Assembly (NCBI GenBank): GCA_964036045.1
Contig: OZ038378.1
Location: 145,638,001-145,702,000 of the forward strand
From: Eutreptiella sp. 'Long Island Sound 2002'
Lineage: Eukaryota; Protista; Euglenida
Direction of reading: 5' to 3'
DNA length: 64,000 nucleotides
Part shown: one piece after another, positions 49,393-61,196 of the stretch
Layout of the letters: each line of letters starts with the position of its first letter
Position numbering within the stretch: the stretch's first letter is position 1
Position numbers and translations under genes: made by a program
The notes under the pieces: model-generated
The model's database searches: none
What the model was told of the DNA's origin: nothing
Seen by the model: only the letters and a program-made list of their open reading frames with translations

Positions 49393-50043
49393 GTATGTTT
49401 GGAATGTTCACTGTTTTCTTGCCGCATTCAGGCCCTTGCCTGCAGTGCCAGTGCCGCCCACAGTGCACAGTATTGCCATCACTGCCAGCCTCTCAGTGTG
49501 GGGGCTTTCTGCATGTGTCCGCGCTGTTGGTCCCAGGGCCCCGTGCTTTTGTGACAGTGGTGGCGTTGTTGTGTGGGTTGGCCTACTGGTGGAAGTGATA
49601 TGGGGGGTGCAAGGACAAGAATGTTGACCAAAACCCACACACTGTCTGAAAATCCCCCAAGTGCATGCCATAAATCACAGGCAAATTGATTTCCTGTGGG
49701 AAATGGGCATTGCGTACCAGAGTGTGCACCAAACCATGTGAGCCCAGCCAACACCCCAACACACAAAAGATGGGCAAAGCTATTGATTTGTGAGCCAGCC
49801 ACACGGCGCCGTGTGGGCAATGGGCGTGATGTTGATGAAACCATTTGAAGAGACAACGAAGAGCAACAAAGGGAACAAACACTTCTGAAATGGCCGTGCT
49901 GTCCGCCTGTGCACCAGTTTTACCAACACCCTTGGGTGGCCACTGTCCTCCTATCTGCACTGCACTGCTCACACCTGCACCTCTATCTGCCTCAGCATGC
50001 ACAGCGTCCCGCTGCCACTCACCAGACCTCCGCGCACAGCCTA

Positions 50044-50647
50044 CAGGGGGGGGGGATTTAGTAGCTGAAGAAACCTGTCTGGAAAAATTTAGTACGCCCA
50101 ATTCTGGCGCAATTTTCCCCATCACTTTTAACGATTGTGGCGGAATTTTTCCGATATTTTGTTTTGGACATCAAGTTCAAAATTTGTACCCTGTGCTGGG
50201 GGGGGGGGGCGGTGATTATCTGTGTCTGTAGGTACAGAGCTGGGGCAATTTGTTTTCTGCGAACTGCCCGACAACAATGTTTCAAGGAAAATGTTGGGGG
50301 GCCACAGCAAAAAATACCCAAAAGGAATGGCAAAAAGATAAAGAGCAATGCCCGAGGACTCCAAATTGGGGAGTTACGACCAGGGTCAGCGGCTGGGGGC
50401 AATCAGTAACTTGGATGCCACTTGCAGTGCCGGGAACTGTGTGGACCTCAGCAAACTAGGCCCTCATCACAACTTTTCCCCAAGTGGTGTCCCCCTCAGC
50501 AAGGAGAGCTGACCTTAGGCCTTGCCCTTCACCATGGAAAAGTGTAGCGCAATTTTTCCCATCACTTTTAACGATTGTGGCGGAATTTTTCCCGCACTAA
50601 ATTTTTCCGGACAAAAATGTTCCCGCACTAAATCCCCCCCGCCCCTG
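50044..50647. mobile_element. Tc1/mariner-type MITE (604 bp)
   Basis: TA|CAGGGG...GATTTAGT ... ACTAAATC...CCCCTG|TA; imperfect TIRs of about 50 bp; TA TSD. Confidence 0.8.
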
Positions 50648-50794
50648 TATGCGTGCAAGGGCTCTCTGTGTTTGCCCTTTGCTGCATCTGGGGCCCTGCT
50701 GCCCCTCTGTTGGAACCTGCAACCTGCTGCTCTCCTGTGACTTTGATGTCTCTGACATTTGTGGATGCTTTCTTGTTGCTCCCGTGCGTTCCAG

Positions 50795-50905
50795 GGTGGA
50801 GTATTACAAGCGGGGCATGTTGCCTGTCTTCCGTTGGAGGCGGCCTGTGAAGGTAGTCTTGAAGGAACTGATGAAGAAGAAAAAGGCTGCAAACAAAGGT
50901 AGAAG
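50795..50905 (+). CDS. Probable exon, Lys-rich
   Basis: cgttccag|G...AG|gtgagg; VEYYKRGMLPVFRWRRPVKVVLKELMKKKKAANKGR. Confidence 0.55.
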
Positions 50906-53111
50906 GTGAGGCCGGCACGCATTCTTTTCGTGCAGCGCTTCTGTTGCAACGAGATGACATAATCACGGTTGCCAGACTATTGCTAACCCTCTGCTGCACA
51001 TTTTTTCATAACCTCTTTGTAATTCCCGCAACACTTAGGGGGAGCACTTGACACGGCGCGCGCGCGGCACAGCTATTTTGGCGACGTCCGAAAGGTGTTG
51101 TGTTGCCGTTGGGATTTGTCCTCCTGCGCGGGGCACTTATTTGAGACTGCAAAGGGCTGGAACGGGCCTTGGGCCGTTTCAAAGATTGTGAAGTGGGTGC
51201 CAATTGTATTGTGCACTTGACTGTGCCATGTTTTTTTGGGGGAAGGAGGGGTGTGTGTACAATTGTTTGTGGGCAAAGTGCTTGCGCTCTTGAGGGACCA
51301 TTTGGGCGTGTGCTGGCCCACACTGTCCCGGGGACGGGCCACCGCCAGAGGGCATGGTCCACGACTGACGGTGTGTGGGGGGGGGGGGTCCTGGTGTTGA
51401 GCGGAGGCTGCCAAATGGACATGGGGGTTTGGGGGGCTGGGGCCCCGAGGGGTGAAAAACCAGCATGTTTTGTGATTGCTTCCCTCACCTGCCCTGCACG
51501 TCAGTCAATTCGCATTCTGTCTCGTACTGTCAAACATCTCCGGACAGTCCATGTACAGCTCTTCCCATGCAGCGCGGGGCGCGCGCGCACTGCCCCGTAC
51601 CAGAAGGACCACCACATGCATTGCTTCAACCCCAGCAAGTTGGCGGGGTGCTCTCCATGACCTCTGATGGGCAAACTGTGTCAGGGCCCAGGAATCCCAT
51701 CCATGTTGCACACCAGGGTTGCAGGCATTTTGCTGGTGGTGTTGCGGCTAGCCCTGTGCCTTGAGCAACAGGACCTTGGTGGGTGGGGGATCAAAGCATG
51801 AAATGGGACCATCATACAAGAAACATGATTGGTGGACCACGTGCCTGGGCTTCCATGGCAGTTAGTGAATCAATGGACTCCTGATTGATGACGAAGATCC
51901 AAGCCGTCTTCATCGCTGGGGCGCGGTGACCAACCATTTCATGGAATTCCGCAGCCAGCGTACAACAGCCGCCCCTGAAGTGATCGGGGGGCATCCATTA
52001 CCAATGAGGGCCAATTTTTGTGGGGGATAATTTTTAAGGGGCAAAAATACGCGCAAAGATGTGTTGTGTAATTGTTAACCCCAACTTTTCAGGATTTTCG
52101 AGTCTTTGTCTGCCCACGTACAACCGATGTGCCGCGGGGGAGCGCGGGGGAGCATATCCCCAAGGTGGATGTTGTGATGCAAATGGTGGACTGTTATGCG
52201 GTCTGAAGTAGGCATCTGGAGGGGAGCGTTAGCGCGCCGGGCATCTTTTTTTGACCATTCCCCACCCGTGCCTGTTTTTGCCACCACCTCCCGTGTCCAA
52301 GAATTTGGCCCATCCTTTGCATCCAGTTCATGGCAAGGGTGGTGGTTGGAGGTGGTGGGAGTGACATTTTGTGTTGTTGAATTCTCATATTTCGGCTTAT
52401 GCAAGGTGCCTTGCAGAGAAGGTTTGCGGTCTAGTGCGGTGTACTTGGGGTACTTCCCAAGGTGAGGGTAAACTTGGGGCTAGAGATAAGATACTTCATA
52501 CAAAGGTAGCGTGCCAGGCGCGCGCAGGGCAAACATTCCCCCTGGTTGTCCTGTATTTGCCAGAACCTTATGGATCTTGTCGAACCCCCCCCTCCCCTAT
52601 TTTCAAGAAAAGTTGCATAGTTTTCCGTAAAACTTCTTTCTGAATATGTTTTCGCCAGCACGCATTTTGGCCCACACTGATACGGTTTTTGTGTCAACTG
52701 TGCAGCACCAGGCCGTTTTGAGCATTCTCAAGGGCTGCGCTGTCATGCAGTTGGGGCCGTTGCGTTGGGAAATCGCGTATCCTACTCCGGGGCGGGGGGG
52801 GGGGGGGGGGTTGCCATCAAGGCTGAATGAGTCTGCCAGTCCGTACTGACAGGTGTACGTACATGTTTGCCTTTGGGGTGGGGAATCCTCCACTTGTGGA
52901 TGCGTGGGGGGGTCAATGGAGCCCCAAGAACTAGGGGGGGGGCGGGGGGGGGCAATTGACGGGGACCATTATGTCCATTGGCACCAAATGTGCGAGAAGG
53001 ACCCTTGTGTCTATGGTGGCCTACCACAAAACTGTCCATGCTCATGGGGCCGAGGGGATGCAGTGCGAGGGTGTGTGCACAGCAGCCTGCCATCAACCCC
53101 TCACCCTACCC

Positions 53112-53424
53112 CAGTGATGTATTACAACGGCCGTACACCGTAGGAGGAGGGGGGTACCCCCCCGACCCCCCCTACCTCCCTCCCCTTGGACCCCCCCTCC
53201 CCCCCCCCCTCCTCCTCTTGTAATGTTTGAGGCTGACAGCCAAAATTTTGCTTCGGCACCTTCGGTGCCAAGAGGATTTACGCTTCAAATTTTTCGGCCC
53301 CCCTTCGGTGGGGACCATAGGGGGACCATAGGAGGAGGGAGGGTCCGGCTGAACCCCCTCCCCTCCCTCCCCCTTCAGACCCCCCCCCCCTCCCTCCCCC
53401 CCCCCCCCTTCTAATACTTCCCTG
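53112..53424. mobile_element. MITE family A copy, hAT-like ends
   Basis: Ends CAGTGATGTATTACAA / TTCTAATACTTCCCTG; flanked on both sides by the 15-bp direct repeat cccctcaccctaccc. Confidence 0.75.
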
Positions 53425-53610
53425 CCCCTCACCCTACCCCCAGGGAGTCATCACCCAGCCTATGTGGGATGCACGGCACCGGGGCAGGAGTCACAGGATG
53501 CGCACGGCCCTCGGGAGTCACCCCTGGGCCAGACCTCCTTCTTCTCCTCCGGTGTAGACTTCCTTTCAGGTGCGTGGTTGTGTGTGTCGGGGGTGCGTGC
53601 GCGCGTGCGT

Positions 53611-53635
53611 CTTTCTGAGTGGCTATTTTTTTTCG
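53611..53635 (+). other. Relic euglenid spliced-leader sequence
   Basis: CTTTCTGAGTGGCTATTTTTTTTCG vs the Euglena SL ACTTTCTGAGTGTCTATTTTTTTTCG (24/25 over the aligned part). Followed by AAAGG rather than GT, so not an SL RNA gene. Confidence 0.85.
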
Positions 53636-53753
53636 AAAGGCGCCTAGTGTAGGCGGGACATGCTGCCTTTGTTCTGCTTTGCACCTGACGAGATCTGGTG
53701 CACTCAGGCCGCCTTTTGCTGTGCCCTGTTTGTCGTGTCGACCGCGTGTGTGT
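53636..53753 (+). mobile_element. Short (GT)n-tailed retroposon, copy D (SL-capped)
   Basis: AAAGGCGCCTAG...CCTGACGAG...GTGCCCTGTTTGTCGTGTCGACCGCGTGTGTGT; similar to copies A and C. Confidence 0.6.
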
Positions 53754-55229
53754 CTGACTGATCCTACCCGGATCCTAACCTGAACCGAACCGTCAGCCAA
53801 TTATCAAAGGTGGCCATCTATGTTGCTGGGTTGGTGATGGTGGGCATGATTGGCTCTGCCTCGTATGTCATGCGCCATGCCTTTGCTGCCACAGTGGGGC
53901 GTGTTTCACAATATCCAGATACCTCGTTTGGGAAGGTCCCACATCTTCGCCAGTCGTGCTGAAAAGCGCCCCAGTCTCTATGCAAACGGTGATATTGGTG
54001 CCTTCCAATCAGGCAGGAGGGGCTAGAGGCTGCACACCGTGTGCCTGTGCATCCTGCCATGGCTGTATCGTCACAGGATGCAGGGGACCGGGCTGCATCA
54101 TACTGTGGGGCCTGCCACGGATGATGATATGACAGCAGAACACTGGCGAAGCTGGCTTTACACTCCCTTCATCTTGTTTCGAGCAGATTTGACCCTTTGG
54201 CCAAGGGGCCACGGTGGGGCTGTGCCTCCTGGACCTGGGACTCCCTCCACCTGGGCCTCTTCGCTTTTCAACTGCTTTGGGGGGGCGCAAACGCAACCTT
54301 CTGGAATGGATTTCGTTTATATATTCTGACCATCAAAATGACTAAAACACTTGTGTACAAGTTGTGTTACACCCTGTTTGCATGCTGGTTTGCTTGCAAG
54401 GAGCGTGAAAGGGGGGCGTTGGGATGCAGACCTAGACCTCCTTTCACCCAGTCAGAACATCCTCCCCCCCCCCCCCAACCGTGGTTCTATGGAAAAGTGA
54501 TGGATTTAGCTCATCCTCGCTATGTGTTATGTCCGCTACCACATCACTGTGTTGGACAATCGCAGCATTGGACAGCTCTGATCCTTGATTCTGAGAGTTT
54601 CTGGAGTGCCTTCTGGTGAGAGGGCTTTGCCAGCTTACCATGGCCTGGACCAAAAAAACAACAACAAAACTCAACAGGCAGATTGTGTAAGCATTCTTCC
54701 CTGTAAAGGATAAACTACCTGGGTACCCTAGGTAGAAGGCCAGAGGCTGATCGTAGGCTAGGGTCAGGACTGAGTTCAGTTCCGTCATGACTGATGGAAC
54801 CGGCAGAAATGAATTCGCGCTTTACAAACTCAAGTCCCACATGCTGCATTGTACACCAGGTGTTTGGACACGACTGGATAGAAAATCCTTTGCTGCTTAG
54901 AAGCCTCACTGCAGCATCACAAACCGCAATGGTATCACTGAAGAATGTCGGTTCCAGGCCATTTTTTCTGTTTCACGATTTCAGCCACGCCATTTGCCTT
55001 CCCCCCTGGATTGCAGCTGCCCTCCACACCGGATCATGCCATCGAATGGTGCAATGAACTTTTGGGATGCACAAAATCGAATGCAAAACTGGGACCAGGA
55101 GACATGAATTGTTGCATTGTTCCGTCTGTGGATAGCTGGAGGCTAAAGGAGAACAAAATCAAGGCAAAATATAGTCAACAAGCGCGGGGATGTAAGGTGG
55201 AAGTACTGGAGCGGTGTGCAGTGCATGTT

Positions 55230-55445
55230 GTGTGGGATGCAGTGCACGGGGAGCACAGCGATAAGCCGCCGCGATATTCGTTTGATTCAGCTCACCGCCA
55301 CATGTCTCTCCCTGACCCCACCATTGTCATCGGGGACCTGAATGCCGCCCCTACTGCAGACAACCACAAAGGGCCAGCCACGGCCACCGACCTAGCTCCA
55401 CATGCACCACAACCTCTGGATGCGTCAACAAGGCACCACACCTAG
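55230..55445 (+). pseudogene. Decayed AP-endonuclease fragment of a non-LTR retrotransposon
   Basis: PTIVIGDLNAAP matches the APE GDxN motif; downstream frames contain stops. Confidence 0.6.
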
Positions 55446-58400
55446 AGCACGCAGCTGTGCCCTATACATGATGCCACCAAAATTAGAATCAAGCCTACTA
55501 GGCGCGTCTGCAGGCTGCAATTCAGCTGGAATCTGGTGCACCTGGTCCACCAGACCATGTTGGTGCAAAAGTTAGATAATTGGTGCAACAGGGACTGCTG
55601 GTGCCACAGCCAGATACACGCCCGGGATTATACAAGTTGGGACTATGGCCCAGTGGTGGGGGGGGGGTTGGATACTAGAGGAGAATTTGCCCATTGTTTG
55701 TTGTGCTTTGTATTGTGTGATCTTGTGTTTGCCTCTGAGGGTGCTGACCGCGCGGTGCGCGCGGTGCAGTGTCAGCCCGGCGCGCACTAAAAGTTGCTGA
55801 AACGTGGCCAGTGTGCACTGTGTGCAATGGTTGGGTGATGCTATTGGTGTGCATGGGTAAAGCACACTTTGGGGGCATTATCTGGGGGGAAGTGGTGATC
55901 ATGCATGCACAAACGTTTCCCATTTCAATGTATTTTCTCCGCGTCCCTGACCACCTTCCGAAAGGTTGTACATTGCACTGAAGCGTTGCATCCTCTGATG
56001 CCTGCGGTGCGCGCGGTGCAGTGTGCGGTGTGTTTCAGCACCCTCTCTTTGTGCCTTCCAAACAGGGGATCACACATTCGACTGCTTTGTACGGTTTGTT
56101 GAGAATTTGTTTTATCCCCGCCACCTACCCACCCCACCCGCCTTTTGTGCAGGCGTACTGCTGCGAGATGGGTGATGATCAGTGCGTTGTGGCATTCGTG
56201 TTTTGTTGACATTGTGCAATTGCTTGTAGGTTGTTTCCTGGCAATTGCTTGTGGGTTGTTTCCTGCCCCGTACACGGATATTGTTGTTACCGTGGGCATG
56301 TCCAAGTTTTGATTTAGACCACTGCGCCTTGGCCCGTGTGTTTGCACTCATGTATTGTTTTCATTTGTGGTCATCAAGGGAGGGGGGGGACTTCATGTTG
56401 TTGACAGGTGGTGGCGTCGTGCCTGTGCTTTGCACTGTTTTGCCCGTGGGCCTCGCCCAAAAAGGTTTCGGAAAACCGCCGCCTCGTGCCGCCCCAATTT
56501 TTCTCCTTTCACTCCTCAGCAAGCCGTGGGCCCGTGTTGGTCTCCCTGCCCTGCGTCCATTTGCACCGCTCCCCTTGTGCGCACTGTACTCTCGGCCGTG
56601 CTGCGCCCCCAGGGCCCTCTTTCGGGCTTCCTACCCTGCCCCCATGCCTCCCCACTGCCGCCCTGCTGCCCCGTGCCCATATTCCCTTCTCCTGTCGGCT
56701 GGCTCACCACACGCTCTACACCACCCTGCTTGACCCTCCTCCCTAGCACGCGCACCGACGCCACATAGTCATTCTTTCTGCGCTTTGTGTTCGTCAAGTT
56801 GGGTGGCCGGCGCGGGTGAGGGGGTCCTGAGGCCACCTGTGGCGGTTCGTCGTGCGCGGGGGTCAAGGCCCGCATACCACTGTGCCTTGCAGCGCACGGT
56901 GGTTGGGTAACGCCAAGGGCCCTCAGCCGAGGCTCTGGTGATCCCCGCCCAAGGGGGATTGTGTTGCCTATAGTTGGGGCGTGACCAGCGACTTGGAGGT
57001 CCACCGGGAGGGGTTAGGTGGGGCCAGGGTGGGGTCAACCCAGGAGGTCCTCGTTGTCCTTGTCAACCATGGCCTCGAGGTCTAGGGCCATGTTGAGGTC
57101 CACGACCTGCACGCGGGCAGGCTCCTCTGTTTGCGGGTAGAGGGCCTCCGGCTCGTCCGCTGGGAAGCGCCTCGGATGCCCATAGGGAATGCCGTGCACG
57201 CAGTGCGCGTGCAGTGCGAAGTTTAGGATGTGGCATATTTGAGTTGTCAACCATTTTTGCCCATTTTCAACCATTTTCCCCTATTTCCTCCCCCACATGG
57301 GCGTTAGCGCACGGGGTGCGTGCCGGGCATCTTTGAGGGAGCGTTATCTTGGCCCTTCAACCTTCCGGTACTATTGAGGAAACCGGGCCAATTATCCAAT
57401 TCACGCTTTGTTGCGTGGCCCCTTGAGTTGGGGTTAGGGACTCACAATCCACGCTTTGTTGCTCCCAAGGATGCATTTGAAGAGAAGGATGCATTTGAAG
57501 AGCAAAACCAATGTGCAAGGTCCGAGCAATACAAAGAAACGATGATGCGAATGTCAATGGGATTGTTGTAGGAAGTAAACAATGTGTTGCGGTCCGTTGC
57601 ATTGCACCTTTGTATGCGTTCATGCCTCACCCATGTTTGTTGCCAAATGTCAAACGGGCACCCTGAGCCTGGTATGTGGTGATACAACTTCAAGGTGTCT
57701 GCTGCGGAACTGCTGTATTTCGTGCTATGTTTGTAGAACACACATGCCATGTGACCTTATGCCCGGAACCTCCGCCGATGTTACATGTGTGCATCTTGCA
57801 TGCCCTTGCATAGTTGTACTTTACAAGGCTGGTTTGCTTGTTCATAGCGACAGTTGATTACCAAGTTGAAGGTAGTTTCGTTGTTCTCATGTGGGCTTTG
57901 CTGCTTCGCCGTGCTACGAGACAGGTGAGAGGTATTCTTGGGTGAGTATCCGAGCCTCTACGTGCGCAATATGCACGCAGTGCGCACGCAGTGCAAGAAC
58001 TTCCCCATAGGAGCCCCGTGCGGTGTGTGACCTGCTGGGAACGTTGGAGGGTGTGGCACTCAAACAGGGCACACTTTGTGCCCCCCCCCCCCCCTCCCAG
58101 CACCAGGCTCCCCTGTGATTGTTCAGGGCGGGTCACCAGTGTGTCATGCAGGCGTCCCCAGTGAGGGCCGTTCTTCTTCCACGATGATTGGACCGTCCAA
58201 TGATTGCAAACGGGTGTTCAATGAGGCATCCGTTGCGCCGTGGTGCCATGCAGAGGTCCATTTTGAGGTGAAAATGAGCCATTTTTCAAGCAGGTTCAGG
58301 CATCATGTGCTCCATGCCCCCCCCCCCCCCCCGAACACGCTTTAACCAGTCTCAGCCCCCAGCCCCCTGCACTGTTGTCTGTTTTTCTACAAACTAATTC

Positions 58401-59011
58401 TTCTCAACTTAATTACGTCTCCCCCCCCACCCCCTTGGCCCCCAACGTGCCACCCTCCCCCCGTTGATGCCCCTGAGGCATCTTCGGTGGTGCGCGGTTT
58501 CCTCACACTGCTAACTGACAGTCCCCTTGCCCCCGGAGGGGAAAGCAAGACATGCGCACAAAATGGGCGTGGCACACACACAGAAGGCCGTGTTTATTGT
58601 GGAAGGGGCCTCATGTGTCACTTTTTCTGGCAGGAACGTTCGGCCTTGAAGAGCTGGACATGCCCAACAGGGGGCCACTGGAATGGGCTCCCCTGCTGCT
58701 GGTTAGGGTGCAAGCTTGGCTGCCACCACACCTGAGGGTTTGGCATCATACTTGGCAGCACCTTTGGCAGGGGACTCGGTAATGGGTTGGGCAGGGGGGT
58801 GGAGCAAAAAGTTTGCCCCAGGAACATCTCTCGTAATGGACCACCTCTCATCAAAAACATTTGCCATACTCCCATACTCCGTACTCATACTCCACGAGCA
58901 CTCTTTGCCCGAAGTGACACGGCATCCAATTCACTATCACTGCTTTCTTCCACGCCGCTCGGAAGACCACTGTCAGTGCCATGAGACATTCCACATCTGA
59001 ATCAGTGGTCC

Positions 59012-59302
59012 CCCCCCCCCTCCCTCCCCTGTCTAAGCTATGGTTGCTTCTGGCGCCGTTTCGTGGACAATCTGTGGCGGCGCCTCCGGCGCCGTATTCA
59101 TGACAATGCACTGTGATTTCCTGCTGGTGGGATACCGGGGGTGACGTCCATCGTCGTCCTATGGCTAAGCTACGGTTGGATACTGGGGGTGACTGCCATC
59201 GTTGGATTATGGCTAAGCTACGGTCTTGTCTAAGCTACGGTAGGCGTAGGGCCCGTATTAATTCCGTACTTTTGCGTAGCTTAGACATGGGGTAGGGGGG
59301 GG
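59012..59302. mobile_element. MITE-like element with CTAAGCTAYGG repeats
   Basis: TGTCTAAGCTA at 59030 and its inverse at 59277-59287, with C-rich and G-rich outer flanks; two 48-bp tandem units at 59130-59225. Confidence 0.55.
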
Positions 59303-59477
59303 AGCGTCACAGGCAACACTTGACCCTGGATTTGGTGCAGGACCCCCCGACCCATGACTATCCCCATCTACGGACCACCGATGGTCACCCAGCCCCCCAT
59401 CAAGAGGACGAGGGCTGCGCACGCCCTGCCTTCGACAGTGCCTGCTTTGTGGTCCATCTGCCCGCCCGCGTTGGACG

Positions 59478-60536
59478 ATGGAGGTCACGGACGCGGTGAA
59501 CGCGGCACAGGAATACGCCGACGAGATCAAGAAGTGCACCGCGGAGATTGAGGCCACGCTCGGGAAGTTGGACGACGAGCACGACTTTGCACGGCAAAAG
59601 ATTACGGAGCACTTCAACAAATTGGCCCTTGAGCTGGACAACCGGAAGAAGGAGCTGTTGGATGACTTGGCGAAGCTGAAGGAGTACAAAGCCCGGCGCC
59701 TTGGGGAGCAGAAGACGGAGCTGGCCGCGGCGCTGGACACGCTGCACGAGGCCGTGATGCACGTCAACCATGCGGTGCAGGACAACCACCCCGAGGACGC
59801 CCAGCACTTCGTGCAGCAGCTGGAGAAGGTCCCTCGGCAGCAAACCCCCATCCCCTTGGTCGAAACAACGAAGTTCCAGTACACGCTGGACAGTAAGGGG
59901 GACGTGGAGCGCCTGAAGGAGTTCGGGTTCCTGGACTTCAAGCCGCACGTCACCGGCATCACGTTCGCGCACCAGAGCGACTTCGACACGAACGGCGTGC
60001 TGTACTGGATGGGGTGCAACTACGGCACCAAGGCCTACCAGAACCCCGCGGACCTTGGCCTGGTGACCGTCGCGGCGTCCAGCTGCGAGTACGGGCAGGT
60101 GAACCACGCCGTGGCGCATGACTGCGCCGGCGGGAAGCACAACACGTTCATGACCCAGTCCGCCCCGGGCTCCTGGCTCACGGTGTACCTCGGGGTGCAG
60201 TACGTCGTGTGCCCCACGGCGTACACCCTCAAGAACTGCGTCATCAACCCGTGCCACGCGCTCGCGAACTGGGAGTTCCAGGGCAGCAACAACGGGACGG
60301 CGTGGGACACGCTGAAGTGCCACGCGGACGACAAGATGCTGCTGCCGGCCCGCGGGAGCGTGCACACGTGGGCGATCGAGGGCTGCACCACCTTCTACAA
60401 CCGGTTCCGCATCCTCATGACCGGCCCCAACCAGCACACGCAGCCGCACGCCAAGTTCCACTACCTCATGCTCTCGGGCATGGAGATCTACGGGTTTGTG
60501 GAGAAGACGCCGTGGATGGAGCCTAACCCAAAGTAG
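59478..60536 (+). CDS. Intronless protein: TRIM-like coiled coil plus HECTD1-like galactose-binding/discoidin-type domain
   Basis: 352 aa, strong GC3 bias. N-terminal helical heptads (ITEHFNKLALELDNRKKELLDDL); C-terminal DFDTNGVLYWMG...NPA...NWEFQGSNNG..W..L..H...RFRILMTGPN...LSGMEIYG. Confidence 0.92.
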   Translation: MEVTDAVNAAQEYADEIKKCTAEIEATLGKLDDEHDFARQKITEHFNKLALELDNRKKELLDDLAKLKEYKARRLGEQKTELAAALDTLHEAVMHVNHAVQDNHPEDAQHFVQQLEKVPRQQTPIPLVETTKFQYTLDSKGDVERLKEFGFLDFKPHVTGITFAHQSDFDTNGVLYWMGCNYGTKAYQNPADLGLVTVAASSCEYGQVNHAVAHDCAGGKHNTFMTQSAPGSWLTVYLGVQYVVCPTAYTLKNCVINPCHALANWEFQGSNNGTAWDTLKCHADDKMLLPARGSVHTWAIEGCTTFYNRFRILMTGPNQHTQPHAKFHYLMLSGMEIYGFVEKTPWMEPNPK

Positions 60537-60977
60537 GTAGCCCCTTGGGCTGTGACAAAACACGGCACGTGCGCTGGAACCATGCAGTGCGTTGACTGCC
60601 CTGTGAAGTGTACATCGCTTCATCTGAACTTTGCGCAGCAGAAACTGTCGTTGGAACTCATGAGATGCCTGGATCCCGGTGTGTGTGGCCGGGGAAGCAG
60701 TGGAAACCACGCAACATGGCTGTGGATGTCTTGAGCGGCGGTGGGCGGCGCGCGGCGGTGGCGGCGGCCCCCGGTCGGGGGTTCGGGGTGGCGGCAGTGG
60801 CCCCGCGAGGCTGTTCCACGGTCTGCCGTGTGCCATCACGCGAGGGGCCTGCCTCCCTTGCGGTCGACGATGTGCGATGCCCTGGGTACTTCGTGGGGGT
60901 GTTAAGGCACGGGGCATCGCCCGGTCTGTGCTGTTCCCAATGTGAGCGAACGGCTGGCCCCTCGCGGGAGGCGTGCC

Positions 60978-61196
60978 CAGGGATGCATGGGGGGGGGGGG
61001 GGGGGCACCCCCCCTCCCCCCCTCCAGGGCGCCCAGCCTATGCCCAGCCACTGTCCCCCTGACGGCAAGTGCCAGCCTCAATGGCATTCGTAACCGACAG
61101 TAACTGCCTCCAACCGCTTGGGCGACCTCCTCTAACCGCCTGTCTAACCGCTTTTGGGGCCGCCTCGGAGGTGCCTTCCCTTCTGATGCCGCCCTG
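60978..61196. mobile_element. hAT-type MITE family B (219 bp)
   Basis: Inverted copy of 8102-8320; TSD ggcgtgcc / gccgtgcc. Confidence 0.85.

Noticed and set aside
57035-58060. Minus-strand ORF tail (...DEPEALYPQ...ALDLEAMVD) and upstream fragments
   Set aside because: Possibly the 3' end of a decayed LINE ORF2, but no diagnostic motif, so not annotated.
59400-60917. 505-aa minus-strand ORF
   Set aside because: Antisense shadow of the GC3-rich plus-strand gene; no recognisable motifs.
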